Assembly: GCA_035221665.1 (NCBI GenBank)
Contig: CM069151.1
Location: 33,976,001 to 34,040,000, forward strand
Direction: 5' to 3'
DNA length: 64,000 nt
Origin: Okamejei kenojei
Lineage: Eukaryota
The notes beneath the pieces were generated by a model that ran no database searches, was not told the origin of the DNA, and saw only the letters and a program-made list of their open reading frames with translations. The position numbers and the translations under genes are program-made. Positions within the stretch are counted from its first letter, which is position 1; every line of letters begins with the position of its first letter. Below, in pieces: positions 61,723 through 64,000 of this stretch.

Positions 61723-64000
61723 TTTTACTTCGGAGTCACGTGAGTGACTTCGTGAAGACCCTGCCAGCACGCATGCGCGACATATCGTCGACCGCATGCG
61801 AAGCGACAGGCAGGGAGGAGGGTCGTCCCTCTACTGCAACGGACCTGCAGGTAAGGTAAACTAACCTGTGGTCGGTTTTTCGCCCAGGGACTCTGTGTGA
61901 CAGAGTACTCCACGGGCCGCGTCGAGACTGACTGCGGACCGTGGGATGCGGGCAGTCAGCGGCGGCAGCAACAGACCGGAGTCGGGCAAGCACGTTGATC
62001 CAGGAGGGTCCGGGCTTGCAGACTCGCCGTTTGTAGCGACGGCAGAGCGGCAGCCCGACTCTACACCGCAGCCCGCAGGATCACCGCGGACTGACGGCGT
62101 GATTTCACCGGTAAGTTGGGCAGCCCGTTGACCCGGCAGGGTCCGGGCTCACAGACTCGCCGTTCGCAGGTAGAGATGGCAGAGCGGCAGCCCAACTCAA
62201 CACCGCAGCCGCAGGATCACCGTGGGCTGACGGCAACCTCCACCGGCAGCTTCAAAAAGACCCTCAGGTAAGTTATACTAACCTTGAGTTGCTTAGCTTC
62301 TGTAGTAGACTTTGCTTACAGAAACGATGGACAGGGAGACCAGAATGAAGGCATCGAAGCATGCCTCCAAGGGCCACGGGATTTCGGATGGGAGTCAGTG
62401 GCCACAATCCCCGGAGCTGCCCGCAACACCGGCAGCACCCGCTCCGCGGGCCAGGATAAGGACGCGGAAATCGGGGAGCCCTGTGCAGCCAGGACCCGAC
62501 TCTGCACCACGGCTGGCCACGGAACCACATGGTGGTAGGAGCACCGCGCGGGAGCAGGGTAGGGAAGACCCTGCCTCCCTACCACTGTCACCTAAACATA
62601 GGGACAGTGGCATGAAGGTGTGTAAACGTGTTCCCCGCTCTGCGACACGTTCTGTCTCCCCTCCAATGCAGGTCACCAGAGGGCGGACCAGGAGAAGAAC
62701 CGCACTAAGGTCGAAAAGCCCCGCTGCAGCGGCCGACGTCGACTTGCCACCGGAGCAGTCCGCCAGATTGCGGACCGGTGAGGGATCGAGGTCTGAGTCT
62801 GGGAGCCCCGCAGGTGCGGCCGGCACAGACTCACCACCGGGGGAGCCTGACAGATCGCGGGCCGGTGGAACATCATCTCGGTCACCGCACCCTGCGTTAG
62901 CGGCTGGACGTGACCATGCGTCGCCTTTGTCCCGGGGGAGGACAGGAGGCAAGCCCGCGAGGATATCGGTGAACCCCGCTTCGGTGGCTGGAACCGACTC
63001 CTCACCGCTTACGCCTTTCCAGACAGGCGGGCCGCTTCAGTCTGGAAGACCGCGGACTAGCAGCATGTCCGCACGGGAGTCGCAGAGCCCCGCAGGAGCG
63101 GCAGGCAGCGACATCCTGCCTAGGCACCCAAGACATCACCTCGACGAGGTGCGGGCCAATGGCAGAAGCCTCAGTTGTTCAGGGGAACCTGAGGAAGTTC
63201 TCGCTGTCCGCAGATAGCGGCGGCGGTCGCATGGCCCGTATGGAGCGCATAATGGAGCGACTCCTTGAGCGAGATCTCCCGCAGCGGGATCGGATGTCCT
63301 CAAGTTCCAGGAGACATGCTTCTGGGCCACCCAGCATATCCCCTTCATCGGTGGGGAGTGCCAGGAGTCAGCAGCTGGCTGACATTGAAGAGGGGTTGGC
63401 GCAGGAACCTGCAGCACCTGAAATACCTCAAGAGGAATTTCTCGACGTGGTTTCCAAATTTGGCCAGCCAAGGCATTAAGATGACGGAGGAGCAGGAAGA
63501 TGCTCTTGCGCTACTGTGTAATACACAGTACGAGATAAACTCTTTCTGGAAAATCTCCATCAAACCACTCACAACCCAAAATTCGCGGGTTTGTGCAAAG
63601 CCTCTGCTGAGCCACCACCGAGAAAGCTGTTCGGTGAAGACCTGCCAAAACAGGTAAAAGACCTGGATGAGGAGGCAAAAGCGGACAGGTTGATGAAACC
63701 ACCATCCTCGAGCAGGCCACCGGCGTATCACAGACAGCATCCTTACGCTATGTCTAACAGGCCTCGGGTTCAACCCGACAGGGCAATCAGAACCTATCCA
63801 CCGGTCGCACCCTATCAACAAAAGCCTTTTTTAGGACAGGGCCCACAGCGACCAGCGTGGAAGATGTGCCAACCCCACATCCCAGCAACACAACGAACTA
63901 AAAAAGCCCAGAACATCAAGGCCCGCCAGTAACCGTGGAGGTAAGATGGTCTGGTTCTCTTGGGAGTGCTGCATGTATAACCTCACAAGTAGGGATTCTG
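61723..64000 (+). mobile_element. DIRS1-like tyrosine-recombinase retrotransposon, 5' part (terminus, leader, disrupted gag-like ORF)
   Basis: Abrupt switch to CpG-rich sequence at TTTTACTTCGGAGTCACGTGAGTGAC; S/P/R-rich ORF 62327-63217; then gag-like LFGEDLPKQVKDLDEEAK...PFLGQGP. RT and recombinase expected beyond the window. Confidence 0.75.

Overview
Vertebrate genomic DNA, most likely a cartilaginous fish (skate/ray-like, inferred from the HE1-type SINE, CR1, Penelope-derived palindromic and DIRS repeats). It is not prokaryotic, so most ORF-track entries are exon fragments or noise. Plus strand: the last 24 coding exons of filamin-C (FLNC, equivalent to human exons 25-48, stop at 21331), the complete two-exon ATP6V1F (119 aa) with a CpG-rich promoter, and two-exon SPMIP1/ATP6V1FNB (184 aa). 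This is the same order as human 7q32.1. Where human has KCP, I instead reconstruct the 3' ten exons (61097 down to 41025, about 504 aa, all splice phases consistent) of a minus-strand gene that I cannot name; it ends in a charged, predicted helical region and is the main finding. Introns and spacers hold CR1 LINE fragments, Penelope remnants with hammerhead-ribozyme-like cores, a perfect 47-bp hairpin, several MITEs (two with 7-bp target duplications, two tiny P-like ones), a 167-N gap, and the 5' part of a DIRS-type retrotransposon. All coordinates were derived by hand, repeat boundaries are approximate, and no database search was run.
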